Assembly (NCBI GenBank): GCA_002269645.1 | Contig: NIVC01000204.1 | Coordinates: forward strand, 1 to 43,525 | Length of the DNA: 43,525 nt | Source of the DNA: Macrostomum lignano | Taxonomy: Eukaryota | Direction of reading: 5' to 3' | The notes under the pieces: model-generated | What the model saw: only the letters and a program-made list of their open reading frames with translations | What the model was told of the DNA's origin: nothing | Databases searched by the model: none | Shown: in pieces, positions 1 to 20,400 of the stretch | Numbering within the stretch: the stretch's first letter is position 1 | Layout: each line of letters opens with the position of its first letter | Made by a program: the position numbers and the translations under genes

Positions 1-492
1 CGAAACCAGCAGGCCCAAACACTGCAGCGTCAGTCGGACGAGGCGAAGTCGCAGAACTCGCGGCACCATCAGCAAGGCGAAGCACCGGTCGATGGTGCCG
101 AGCCGGACGAGCCAACCAGCAGCGCGGCACCAGCTGCGGCAATGCTGTTCCTACCGAAAAGGAGGAGAATCGACGGCCCAAAAGTCCCGGACTCGAATCC
201 GTGCGCATCAACCGACGATTTGGAGATTACGCGACTTCGTGTCCCGCCGGAAGCGGCAGGAGAAGCGGAAGCGGCAGCAGCTGCTGGTGGTCCAAGCACT
301 TCCGGTGGCAACTTCTCAGCATCAAATTTCTTCAAGTCCTTCCATGCGCCCAACAGGCTGACCGCTTTCCTGAAGTCATCCAGATTCTCTAGGCAGCAGT
401 CTCAACCGCAATCCAAGCAGCAGCAGTCAGATGCTAAAGCCAACACGTCCTTGCCTGCGGTGGAAGCTTCAATCAGTGCAGAAAAAGGGTGA
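1..492 (+). CDS. Partial exon of an unidentified gene running in from the left edge (Gln/Ala/Ser-rich, low complexity)
   Basis: Frame 1 is open from base 1 to TGA at 490-492 (RNQQAQTLQRQ...LPKRRRIDGPK...ISAEKG*). It is GC-rich like the exons of the other genes. A donor-like AAGG|GTGAGC at 488/489 means it may be an internal exon rather than the last one. No family recognised. Confidence 0.5.
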   Translation, partial: RNQQAQTLQRQSDEAKSQNSRHHQQGEAPVDGAEPDEPTSSAAPAAAMLFLPKRRRIDGPKVPDSNPCASTDDLEITRLRVPPEAAGEAEAAAAAGGPSTSGGNFSASNFFKSFHAPNRLTAFLKSSRFSRQQSQPQSKQQQSDAKANTSLPAVEASISAEKG

Positions 493-1264
493 GCCGGGTG
501 ATGCACTAGGTCGGTCAGATGCAACCAGCCTTCCTTCGAAGGTTCAATTCGCATCCATGAGAACAACAACCCACATTGGGTTCATTGCGTGCACTGCCCC
601 ACAATAGATAAAGCAGCTTTCGATGCAAAATGCTCGCTAGTCTATCTTTGTCTATGGTAAATTTGAAATCTTCTCCACAGTTGGCTATACAGTATCAGTC
701 GGCAATGTGATTGATGCACGACTTGATCTTGCAATAATGCCATAGACACTCGTGTCTGAGACATTATTGCACTCTGTCTCCATTGTCGGCTGATTTTCCA
801 TGCAAGAATGGCATTCTTGCACTCTTTGCGTGCAGGAATGGATGTCTATGGTAAAATCTCTCTGAAAAAGCATTAGGCGCAGAAATGCATTCCTGCACGG
901 TTTTGTGCATTCCTGCACTATGAATCATCCGACAATGGAATTCCTTCACGTTCACTCGTGCGTGAAGGACATCGTGCACTCGTGCGCTAGCGCTTCCACC
1001 CACGAACACCCACTTCCCGCTCTTTAATTCATTCTTTCTCTCGCAGCATTGACGAGGCCAAAATGTCTATGGCCCAATAACAGTAATAGTATCCTTCGGC
1101 GCCCTCTGGCATTCCCATTATCGCCCTTAAAGCCTGGGTAATACTGTAATTGTACCATAGACAATGTGGCTGAGTTATACGAGCGCATGAGCTGCATTGA
1201 TGAATATGGGCATGAAGGTGTGGGGGCTTCGCCCCCACATTTCAATCATAGACATAATGATTTA

Positions 1265-1640
1265 GTCAGGGACAGACAGGAAGTCAGGGACAGACAGGAA
1301 GTCAGGGACAGACAGGAAGTCAGGGACAGACAGGAAGTCAGGGACAGACAGGAAGTCAGGGACAGACAGGAAGTCAGGGACAGACAGGAAGTCAGGGACA
1401 GACAGGAAGTCAGGGACAAACAGGAAATCAGGGGCAGACAGGAAGTCAGGGACAGACAGGAAGTCAGGGACAGACAGGAAGTCAGGGACAGACAGGAAGT
1501 CAGGGACAGACAGGAAGTCAGGGACAAACAGGAAATCAGGGGCAGACAGGAAGTCAGGGACAGACAGGAAGTCAGGGACAGACAGGAAGTCAGGGACAGA
1601 CAGGAAGTCAGGGACAGACAGGAAGTCAGGGACAGACAGG
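1265..1640. repeat. 18-bp minisatellite (GTCAGGGACAGACAGGAA), about 21 copies
   Basis: Read directly. The variant doublet GACAAACAGGAAATCAGGGGC recurs at about 1413 and 1521 (108 bp = 6 units). Confidence 0.95.
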
Positions 1641-2385
1641 CACTTTGCTTGGCGGGTTTCCTAGCCTACTACCAATTTTATAACTTTTAGAAAACTGATT
1701 TAAAAGCAGCCAGTATTACAAACTAAGACTAGAAATTTAAATCCTGCGCAGGCAGGGAATGTTCTAGGAAAAATGCTCGTAAAAGCTTTCTTGGAAAATT
1801 TATAGATTCATAGAAATTTATAGAACATACATGAAAGATATTTCGACGAAAGTGTGATGATGTAGATTCTTGGAAGTTTTTTGAAGGCTGGCTTTTAAAT
1901 GTAAGCCATTTGGTAAGAAGCGCAGTTGTTCTGCATCCTTCTACTTAACACGTCCTTGACATGTGCATTCACACTCAAAAAGTATCTGATAGAAACATTT
2001 TTTAGCTTTTTAAAAAACGACTTTAAAAAAAACTATTTGCAGCACTTGAATGGATCGGCCCAACACAGTGGCTGATGGAAGCAGGACTGAAGTACGATTA
2101 TTGGCTTACCAAAAGCTCAGCATTTTGTACAGTGCAAACTTTGGCACCGATGAATGCATAGAAACTCTTATTAAGTTAAATAAATAGACGATCGGACAGT
2201 ACTTCCCTGTATGTTGATCTATTTTCTTCAATTACAGTCGTAAAATAATTTTGAGTGCATCAAATTTTTATTCAATATAAGTTCCTTTGATTTTTTGTTT
2301 CACTTTTGTTCTGCACCTTCTCTGAAAATTTCTTTGAGAACTTATCTGAATAGCTCATTCATCCATTGTTCGACTTCTTTCTCTT

Positions 2386-2782
2386 TTAAATCTCATCCTT
2401 AATCTCTATCAGTCTACCTCTCACTAATCTCATACTTAATCTCATTCTCACTATCAGTCTACCTCTCACTAATCTCCTCCTTAATCTCAATCTCTTTGTC
2501 AGTCTACCTCTCACTAATCTCATCATTAATCTCATTCTCTCTCTCAGTCTACCTCTCACTAATCTCACCCCCAATCTCAATCTCTTTGTCAGTCTACCTC
2601 TCACTAATCTCATCATTAATCTCATTCTCTCTCTCAGTCTACCTCCCACTAATGCCATCCTTAATCTCATTCTCTCTCTCTCAGTCTACCTCTCACTAAT
2701 CTCATCATTAATCTCATTCTCTCTCTCAGTCTACCTCCACTAATGCCATCCTTAATCTCATTCTCTCTCTCAGTCTACCTCC
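2386..2782. repeat. 45-bp pyrimidine-rich tandem repeat (AGTCTACCTCTCACTAATCTC...), about 9 copies
   Basis: AGTCTACCTC starts at 2411, 2456, 2501, 2546, 2591 and 2636 (45-bp period). Confidence 0.9.
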
Positions 2783-3522
2783 AACTAATTTCAACATTAT
2801 TGATTTCGTTCTCACATCTTACACTCATCTCGTATAATTTATTTGTCTACCCATGTCGGTCCCACAACTCAAACAATCTTTCTTGTCCTGTTTTGATCTC
2901 TCCTAATTTATGTTCTGCAATTTTGGTCCATAATACAGCTAGTTAGTTTCTGTTTACCATTCAGACAAGCCAGAACATGTGAACTTGTGCATCCATTCAT
3001 TCCCTGTCATTAGTAGTAGAGAAATCGAAGACGCGCAAATTTAAAAAAAAATGTCGATCTGCTGATCAAGTTGCGTTTTTATTATTTTGTTTTCAAATTG
3101 TAAACTATTTGTAATTATAGAAACACAGTTGCAAATATTTTTGTTATATATCTTAAATTATTTTTCACATGTTTTGCTGTGTCTCCTAGTACAGTAATGT
3201 ATATTTGGCGTACTAAAATATACCATACTCGTAACTGCACTACCTCGACTAATTGAGAAAAGTAAATCAAAACAAATACAAATAGAAATTTGACAATTTT
3301 TCCTGCGCATCCCTTAGGACCGTTTAAAAAATGAAAAAAAAATTCAAATAATTTCTGGTTCATTTGGCTATTGGAATTTTCATTCAAATCTTGATAGATT
3401 ATCAAATCTTATTGCGTGCGGTGAATTTTGTTTTACTGCGTTATTGTTCCGGATTTAAGCCGTTGGGAAGCCAAAAAATGGATTGTTGGGCGTTCTGAGC
3501 TCGTTGAACACGCAAGCTAATT

Positions 3523-4058
3523 GGGTACCTCTCATTTCGCCGATTCTCGTTTCGCCGATTCTCGTTTCGCCGAATCTCATTTCGCCGATTCTCGGTTCGC
3601 CGACATTCTCATTTCGCCGATTCTCATTTCGCCGACATTCTCATTTCGCTGATTCTCGGTTCGCCGAAATTAGTTTCATAAAACATCTGGACATTAGACC
3701 ATAGACAACTACACTAATGCAAGTGTGATTTAGATGTCTATGGCTTAAAAAATAAAGTGTTATTTTTTTATTAAATATTAAAAGTATATTATAAGTATAT
3801 TAAAAGCATATTAAAAGTATTAAATTAAAAGTAGTTTAATACTTTATTTTTCAAGCCATAGACATCTAAATCACACTTGCATTAGTGTAGTTGTCTATGG
3901 TCTAATGTCCAGATGGTTATGAAACTAATTTCGGCGAACCGAGAATCGGCGAAATGAGAATCGGCGAAATGAGAATGTCGGCGAACCGAGAATCGGCGAA
4001 ATGAGATTCGGCGAAACGAGAATCGGCGAAACGAGAATCGGCGAAATGAGAGGTACCC
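3523..4058. mobile_element. Non-autonomous foldback/Mutator-type DNA element: long TIRs with internal subrepeats, 9-bp TSD
   Basis: Left arm 3523-~3752 is the reverse complement of right arm ~3837-4058 (termini GGGTACCTCTC / GAGAGGTACCC). The arms are built from 14-16-bp TTCGCCGATTCTC units around an AT-rich spacer of about 85 bp. Identical 9-mer AAGCTAATT at 3514-3522 and 4059-4067. Confidence 0.88.
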
Positions 4059-5159
4059 AAGCTAATTCTATCAAACTGATTGGACCTTGACAACCAAAAA
4101 AAGTTTATGACCATTTTTCCAGCTTGTACAAACAGGATTAATTCACCCGAATTATCACCATGAAAATACGTGTGCAAAACAACAATTCTTTGAAGAAACT
4201 GTATGGGGACCACTATAACTCTAAAAACGGTAACATTTTTAGCGCAAAAATGACAATGTATTAACTATTAAATATGTCATGGGGCCTGCATACAACTGCC
4301 TGCCTGGCATGGCTACACTTACTGGCAATGAGCCAACTCAAGGTTATAGTTGGGTTTCTAAATACTTTTTTCCCATTCCCTCGCTTCACCTTGTGAGGTG
4401 CCATGGTTAAATTTTTAATCAAAGTATATTTAGCCACAAGCCAGACTGGACTGCGGATTTTGTACTTCTGTGCAGTTGTCAAGGGGAGACTTTAACGTAA
4501 AATGAAGATCTTAGAAAAAGTTCTCTTTCAGAAAGGCCTACTAATTAGATTTGGCCAAAGCTTAACTCAAAAGGCGCCAACTTGTATTTAAAAAGGCGCC
4601 AAATTACAAGTAAATAAAAAAAACGCCAAATTTAGTTCAAAAAGCGCCGAATGGAAGTCAAATAGGATTTAAAATCGAATACTGATAGCCTAATATTTTA
4701 AGCTTAATATGTACTAAATTTCAGTTAGACTAGAAAAACTGAGTTTTTGAAAAGTACATTTGGCAAATATATTGCTGGCTAGTGTTTATTTGCACTTGTA
4801 CGATTTACCTGCTGTTACCTTGAGAACTTTGTAACGCAAGTGGAACAGACGGACAGATGGCGGCTTGTTGCTAGGGGATTCGATCAACAAAGAGACTTAT
4901 GGGATCTCGAGTAAGAAGGCAAGAGTCGATCACGTGAGAAATTGAGATCATCTACCGGTGAGCATTTCTCACTCATGCTTGCTACTTTTTTGGCCACTCA
5001 CACCTATCCGTCGACTCGAAAAATTGACTTTTGTCAGGCTAGCTAGGATGGATCCTGCGAGCATTGTGCCTGACAATTCGAGTCCAGATGGACTTAGACA
5101 GAACATTAAGTGATGGTAAGAAGATGGAAAATGAGAAAGTTAGAAATAGACCATGGAGA

Positions 5160-5798
5160 AGAGTGGAAAAGGGGAGGAAAGAAAAAGAGAAGGAGAGAGG
5201 GAGAGAGTGAGAGATGGAGAGAGGGAGAGAGGGAGAGAGGGAGAGAGGGAAAGAGGAAGAGAGGGAGAGAGTGAGAGAGGGAGAGAGGGAGAGAGGGAGA
5301 GAGGGAGAGAGGGAAAGAGGAGGAGAGGGAGAGAGTGAGAGAGGGAGAGAGGGAGAGAGGGAGAGAGGGAGAGAGGGAAAGAGGAGGAGAGGGAGAGAGT
5401 GAGAGAGGGAGAGAGGGAGAGAGGGAGAGAGTGAGAGAGGGAGAGAGGGAGAGAGGGAGAGAGGGAGAGAGGAGAGATGGAGAGAGGGAGAGAGGGAGAG
5501 AGGGAGAGATGGAGAGATGGAGAGAGGGAGAGAGGGAGAGAGGGAGAGAGGGAAAGAGGAGGAGAGGGAGAGAGTGAGAGAGGGAGAGAGGGAGAGAGGG
5601 AGAGAGGGAGAGAGGGAGAGAGGGAGAGAGGGAGAGATGGAGAGAGGGAGAGAGGGAGAGAGGGAGAGATGGAGAGATGGAGAGAGGGAGAGAGGGAGAG
5701 AGGGAGAGAGGGAAAGAGGAGGAGAGGGAGAGAGGGAGAGAGGGAGAGAGGGAGAGATGGAGAGAGGGAGAGAGGGAGAGAGGGAGAGAGGGGAGAGA
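5160..5798. repeat. GA-rich simple repeat, mainly (GAGAGAGG)n; a further GA-rich tract at about 5955-6215
   Basis: Read directly. It explains the ERGREG/SLSP ORFs in the track. Confidence 0.95.
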
Positions 5799-8043
5799 GT
5801 CCGGAAAAAGTCCTCAAACCCATAAGCACTGGCGCGGTACCGCAGATGTTTAAGCAAAGTAAGTGCCGATATTTTGAATGTTTTATATTCTTGCCCAGAG
5901 GCTACTATGAACGCAAATATTTTTTTTTAGCCAGATGTTCTCCAGCATAAAGATAGGAAGAAGGGAGAGAGAGCAGAGTGAGGGAGAGAGATAGTGGAAT
6001 GGGCGACTCTCGCCTCCCCGCTGTGTCTTCGGACTGCCCTGCAGCTAAGAGGGAGAGAAGAAAGGAGAAAGAGGGAGAGAGGGAGAGAGACAGGGATGGC
6101 GACGAGAGAGGAGAGGAAGGAGATATAAGAAAGAGTGATAGAGGAGATATAGGAGAGAGGGAGAGAGATGAGGTAATAGATAATAGGAGAGAGGGACTGG
6201 GAGAGAGAGAGAGGTATTAAAAAGGGATCAAGAGTTGGAGTGAGGAGAAGCCTTGAGGATGAATTTGGAGGATTGTAACCGCGTGGAAAAGAATTTGAAA
6301 AGAATGCAAGAGGCTTACTAATCAAGGCAAACACTTCCTAGCTTGCGTGTTGTACACACGGAAATGGGAACAGTTTGGAAGATTTTTAGCAGCCTGAATA
6401 TTTAGCCCCAAGTCCTGTCAAATGGCAGCGGTGGTAACAACATTAGAGCTGCATCTGAGAAAATATGAAAGAATCACTATCGTTTTTTACGAGCGCAGAA
6501 TTCCCATAGATTATCTGTACGAGTAGCTCTGATATGAGCACGTTCAGTATTATTTAGCTGCGGATGTAGTGGCCTAGTAATCTAGCACAGTCTCAGTGTT
6601 AATGCTCATGATCAGGTATATGCTATTTTTTAATAACAGACTCGCAGAAAGGAACCAGCCGGCCAGCCTAATTACTGTATACCTGTTGAGACTGGGTCCG
6701 GTTGTTGGGTGGCGCGAAGGAAAAGATCGACAATTTTTTGGCAAAAATTCTCCCTCTGCACCTCCATATTCGGTCTTTATATAATTCAGCCCCGAGATCT
6801 CACGCCTGCGGCGCATTTCATCATCAGAGACAGGCAGGACAGTAGCTTCCTCAGTTCGCAACATTTCCGGCCCTTGCTACTCTTCCCCTTTGTCAATTAT
6901 TGCACCGGCATCTCACGTCCTTATTTTCTCTACAATTACAGTATTGTTAAAAGATCTAGAGATGCTGTTTCACACGGGCCAATGCTCAATAATAGCGCAT
7001 TCGTCTGCATATAGACAACAGTAGCTACAATCTACATGCAGTTAATCAGTTTTCAGCCAATTATCGCCTGAAAATTTCGTGTTTCCAAGATACAGAAAAC
7101 ATCGTATAACGTTTTAATTACAACAAGCAGGGCGTATTTTAGTAGTTGTAATTGCAATGAGCAAGCAGGAGATGAAGTGAAGGAATCTAGTAGAGACAGC
7201 TGTTTCTGCATACAAACTTGTCGAATTCACCTTGGAAAATTCAGAGAAACAAGGAATAGAATTACATGTGGCTAAATCCAGTTTCTAGACTCATTCATCA
7301 TCTTAATCCTGCCTATTCGACGTGGGCTAATAATAGCTACAACCTGAACTAATAAATCCATTTTATTAAATTAAATTATAGAGACCTAAAAGCGAAAGAA
7401 TACAGTATTTTATTTATAATCGTTTGATAGTTCAGGTTTCAAAAGTTGCTGAAAAAAGCTTCCTTTCTTTCGATTAGCTCGTTTTGCCAAGGCGAACTTA
7501 ATTACCCATTTCGAAGAATTTTTGTAGTTAAGGTATAATATTTTAACAGAATCATGTTTTTGAGTTTTTTCAATTATTCATTTTCACTTATGAGATCTGT
7601 CTGTCTCCCTAATACGAAATCTTAATTACGAAACTACAATATCAACAAAACAATGTTTATGGAAACAAACTCGGCAAAACATTAATTTTAACAAAACTTT
7701 AAAGACCTAGCTTTTGAAAATAATTAAGGTGTAACAAAAGAACATCTGTGACTAAACAAACTCTTATTTAAATTATACCAGCAATATAAAAACACGTTTA
7801 CAATTCAGACAAGGACGCCACTGTTAGCAGCCGTTCAAACATTACCTCTTAAGTCGATATTTTCTCGCAAAAAATTATATATTCCTTATAATCCCTGAAA
7901 TCCTGGTACTCTACTAAACTCGTTTCAGTTTTCAATAATGATTTTAAATTAAAATCAAAGAAAGTGCCCGGCTGTGAGATTACGCATAGAATTTTCCCCA
8001 TCTTTTTTTAACACTTTTACGGTTCTAAAACAATACTAGTATT

Positions 8044-15834
<7,791 letters not shown>

Positions 15835-16899
15835 CCGGATTATTTTAACTCATTGAAGTTTTTTTTAAGTTCATTTTGAAACTTCTGCGCAGTAACAATA
15901 ATCAATTGATATATTTACAACTCTTGAGCATCCAATGAATCTGTGCTCGGATATTTTGGTTGCTATTGTACTAATTTTCTGCATGTATCAAGCAAGAGCC
16001 AATTATTGTATTAACATGTACAGCTTTTGTCATTCTTAATTGGGAAACACTTTTGGAGTATTCGTAAAGACAGGTTGGGCCATAGACAACTCGGATATCT
16101 CTGACTGAGAAACTCTAAACTCAAGAAAGGTACTTTGCAGGAATAAAGTGAGCCTTCAGCTGCAGACCTTGGGATTCAGTTGACCTTGGCTTGACCTGTA
16201 GCTCTGATGTCAATCTTCTGGTTTAAAGCGTGCCGTATTGTCAAGTCTGAATGTCCCGTTTCTAACTTAGCATAACAAACGCTATAAATACCCAACAGTT
16301 TTCTCAATTTCAGTTTATTTCAGAAAATTTTCTGTTTATTTATTTGTACAGATTTTGTTTTGGGTTGAATTTGTTCAATTTATATTAAAGCAGCAGGATC
16401 AAGTTCTAATCAAAGAGAGTCTGTCTTCCTTGTATGACACGGGGGTCTTCCAGGTTTCAACATGTTTATCCATATAACCTATAAATATTGATGCATTTGT
16501 TGAACTTCTACAATTGTACGAAAATGCTACTACGATGTGCTTAAAGTTCTGCTGAAGCGTGTCTTATATAGTTAGCTACGCTCGTATAATGCAAAACTGC
16601 AAAAAAATGAATTATGAATAATTTGTTATTATTGGTGTTCATAGAAAATTAATGCTTCCACAAACATAGTACCAAATCGAGTATTCTATTATTTTAAGTA
16701 TATCAAATTTTATACAGTATAACTAAAAAGCATTCCATTTCCACGAAAAAATTAATTTCGTTTTGTTTTAACTGCATATTACTACGGAGTTTAAAATATA
16801 TATATAATTTGATTTCATCGGAAGAGCCATTTATAACTAATTCAACTTCGAGACGTTTGGCTTGTAAATTATCTTGGAGATCAATAATAATAATTAATT

Positions 16900-17188
16900 A
16901 TAGAAAAATAATAATAGATTAAACCTGCCCAATCGGGCCAGATGTGCAACCGACAGCTCAGCCGCAGCTATTGCGCGGCGCATCTGAAGGTTAAGTACGG
17001 CTGTTCAGTCCAAGGACCGCGGGGGTCGCCACACACACCCTCAATTACCCCAGCTAATGCTGGCACCCATTTTACAGCTGGGTGAACTGAGGCAATCCAG
17101 AGTTTACTGTCTTGCTTAAGGACGCGAATTGTCGAACCACCGACTTTCAAGTCGTGAGGCCGACGCTCTCCACTGGGCCACAACCACT
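16900..17188 (-). mobile_element. tRNA-derived SINE, copy 1
   Basis: On the - strand: A-box TGGCCCAGTGG, B-box-like GGTTCGAC, central GTCCTTAAGCAAGACAG...CACCCAGCTGTAAATGGGTGCC (resembles conserved central SINE domains), and an (ATT)n tail. High identity to 36381-36672. Confidence 0.8.
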
Positions 17189-17419
17189 TGTTTTTTGGAG
17201 GAGTTGTGGCCTGTGGAAATTAAACAATCCGGAATGCAGGAAGAAACTAATGTTAGTGTACAGAGTAGACAGGTAATACTTTGGTATATTTAACTTTTGT
17301 ACTATTAGCTCGTTTAAACAAAAATTCCGGCTTTGCACAGTTCGCGGGTTGAGGACTTTTAACATCGGAAGAGGTCAATTTTGTTTAGAAAAAGGAATAA
17401 TACCAAATCAATTGAACTT

Positions 17420-20400
17420 TCAATCCAACTGAAAATCCTCTTCGAAAAGTTTTCCGGGTTTACCAGCGCTTTTGTTTTGACCGCCGTCGGAGCCGCCGCC
17501 TTGACCATTCAGTAAAACAAATCCTCCACTACTAGTAGCGCAGTTGGAAGCGCATCCCGGATTACATGATGCATTAGTGCCTCTTCTGCACTGCTCTTCA
17601 GCAAGCTTTTCATTGACTCGATCAACCAAAGAGCGTAGCTGCTCCTGCGACATCGGAGGCCCCGGTACGAGCCCGCCGCCACCGGCGCCCTCCTTGCCGG
17701 ATTGTTGCCCGTCAGCTTCCTCAGTTTCGGCCGCAGCAGCTCCAATCAGCTGAGCAAACTGAGCCGGCCGCTTAACGAATGTCTCGTACATGCGGGCAAA
17801 TTCGCGCCGATTCAAATAGCCCGGCCGGCTGAGGCCGAACGTTGCGACCGTGCGCTGGACAAAAGTGCGCATCGACGCTTGGCTGGCGGCGTCTCCTTCT
17901 TTTGGGTCCGAGTTGTCTGTGCAGTTTTTTAAGTGGGTGTGGTTGATTGGAATTGATAAAACTAAAAATTACTACAGATCTATTGAGGTGATTCTTACAT
18001 TTACATTGTACATTGTGCTTGGTTCATTATTCAGTTAACTTCTGCCTGCTGTACATGAGCAGTGACGTACCCGGGAAATTTTAATCGAAGGGAGCCGCAA
18101 TTCTAAGAGGTGCCAATATTTGGTGTTCGGTATGCATCAGTGTCTCTTTAGCTTGGCGCCCCTGTCTCTTGGTTGGCGCCCCAGTCTTCTAGTTGGCGCT
18201 CTTATTTCTGTATTTTATCAGCCGTGGATGTCACATCCAGGTGTAAAATGTGAGTTTCTGGCATTCGTCGAGCTTGGTTACCTCTTTTATATAGTTTTTT
18301 TAAGAATTGAAGTGCAGTTGTTAGGGGTCAATGCCAATGGCCCTCTTGCCCTCAACCCCCCCCCCCCTGCGTCCGCCATTGGCACTGGTGTATGCCTATC
18401 AACAGACCCGAGGACTCAGATAGGGTGTATGTATATGAGCGACAGCTAGTTTCGTCACCAGGCATGTACATAGTCTCGGCATAGGGGAAGTGCTCAGGTG
18501 CTCAACGCGCCCGCTCCAACTGCGCCTCTTCTGCCAATCCCAGACTTCGCTCCAGCCCAGCCAGGCGCCTTCAACACCGGCCCCATCACTGCAAGCGAGG
18601 TTGACCGAGCACTGAGGACCATGCGAGCTGATGCCGCCGCTGGGGTGGACGCCATCCCTCCCAGGGTCCTGAAGCTGCCCGAGCTCACCCCGATCATCAC
18701 CAGCCTGGTGAACAAGCACTGCAGCCTTGGAGGCAACGAGACCGCCTCAGCTCCTCAGCAATGGCGCACTTCCAAGATTGTCTCCATCCCGAAGAAAGGC
18801 GCCTCCACCAGCCTGGACAACCAGCGGGGCATCGCTCTGGAATGCACAACGCCGAAGCTGCTGAACGCGATTCTGCGCAACCGCCTCCTGCCCGGCTTCA
18901 ACCCGCTGCTGCTGAGCCTCCAAAGCGGCTTCCGCCGGGGCAGGTCCACCACCGAGCAGGTTGCCACCATCCGCTCTGTCATCGAGACCTGCAAGACCCG
19001 CCAGCGCTCCGTGTCAATCATCTTCGTCGACTTTTGCAAGGCGTTTGACTCGGTGTCCAGGCCTGCGATCGCTTGGTTTTTTATCTCACTATGGCGTGCC
19101 TGCTGCGCTGATGAGTGCCGTGGTGGACCTCTACCGCGACTCCAGGGCTTTTTTCATGTCGAGCGACGGCCCCACAGAAGAGTTCAGCACCAGCTCAGGC
19201 GTTCTTCAGGGCGACACGCTGGCTCCTCTGCTCTTCCTCTTGGTTGTGGACTACGTGCTTCATCAGTTCCTCTGCGAGGATGACAGCTACTTGCTGGTCA
19301 CACGCCGAAGCTCCAGACATCCTACTGTTTCGCTTCCCGCTCTCGCGTATGCTGACGACATCGTGCTGCTCTGCCGCGATCCAGCTGCTGCCCAGAGCGC
19401 GCTCTCACGGGTGCCCGTGTTGGGCTGCTGGTGAACGCTCGCAAGACGAAGGCGCTGCACGTGGGCACGAATTCCGCCCCAACTCTCACGCTGGCCCAAT
19501 GAAGACCGCATCGCGGTGTGCGAAGACTTCCGGTACCTCGGCGCCCTGGTGATGAGCCCCGATGCGATCGTCTCCAACAGAAAGAACCCGCGGCCTGGCA
19601 CGCCGCGCACCTCCTCAGGAACGTTTTTAATTCGGCTGCCAGAGACGACCTGAAGGTGCGCCTGTTACGCGCGGCCGTCAAGCCGATCCTGCTGTACGGC
19701 ATGGAGGCTGTGCCGCTGTCCGAAACGCGAGAGCGAGCCTTGGACGCGCTCTGCCGATCGCTGATGCGCTACGCGCTAGGCGTGCACTACCCGGATCGCC
19801 TGCCGACCAACGCTCTGATGGCTCGCGCTGGGACGCCATCCCTGAGCGCTAGCCTGCGCCGGCGCCGCCAGATGCTGCTGGGCCACTGCCTACGGACCTT
19901 GGGTCGCGGCGCACCCGTCCCGCTGGACCTGGCCATGCTGCACCGGCCGACCGAGCAATTGCGCTGCCACTCTAACGGACTGCCTCATGCTGACTTGCAG
20001 GCGCTTGACCTAATCCCTCACGCCTGTTCTGCGAGCGCGTGCGCGCAAGGGGCCTCCCCTCTGCGTCTTAATATATAATATACATATTGGGGAATGGCCC
20101 TCGTGAGCTTGAATATCAGCTAGGACTTACCTTGCGCTAGTTTCTTTACCAGCTCCAGATCTATGTAATACATGTAGTACATGTGGTACATGGTATCACT
20201 GTTCACAGAATCCAGCCCAGGAAAAAAGTTTGAGGCGTTAACGCTGAGCTTACTAACCCTTCCCTCCCCGGCCCTGGTTCTTACGTGGACGTCGAAAACC
20301 GGACGACCGACGCGTCAACAGCTGGTCAGCAGCTTGAGCGACGCTTACGTAGCCGTCCTTGTCTGCGTTCATGGATTCGAACACCCCGTTTGTGAGCAGG

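Noticed and set aside
4565-4650. Four AAAGGCGCCAA-like motifs
   Set aside because: Short degenerate cluster with no TIR/TSD found. Probably a repeat remnant.
4815-4915. Peptide RLVARGFDQQ resembling the copia RT motif KARLVARGFxQ
   Set aside because: Only a short open stretch, with no other RT/integrase motifs or LTRs nearby. Likely chance or an unrecognisable remnant.
6574-7014. ORFs at 6574-6864 (-), 6596-6784 (+) and 6709-7014 (+)
   Set aside because: No recognisable domain and no convincing splice sites or links to other exons.
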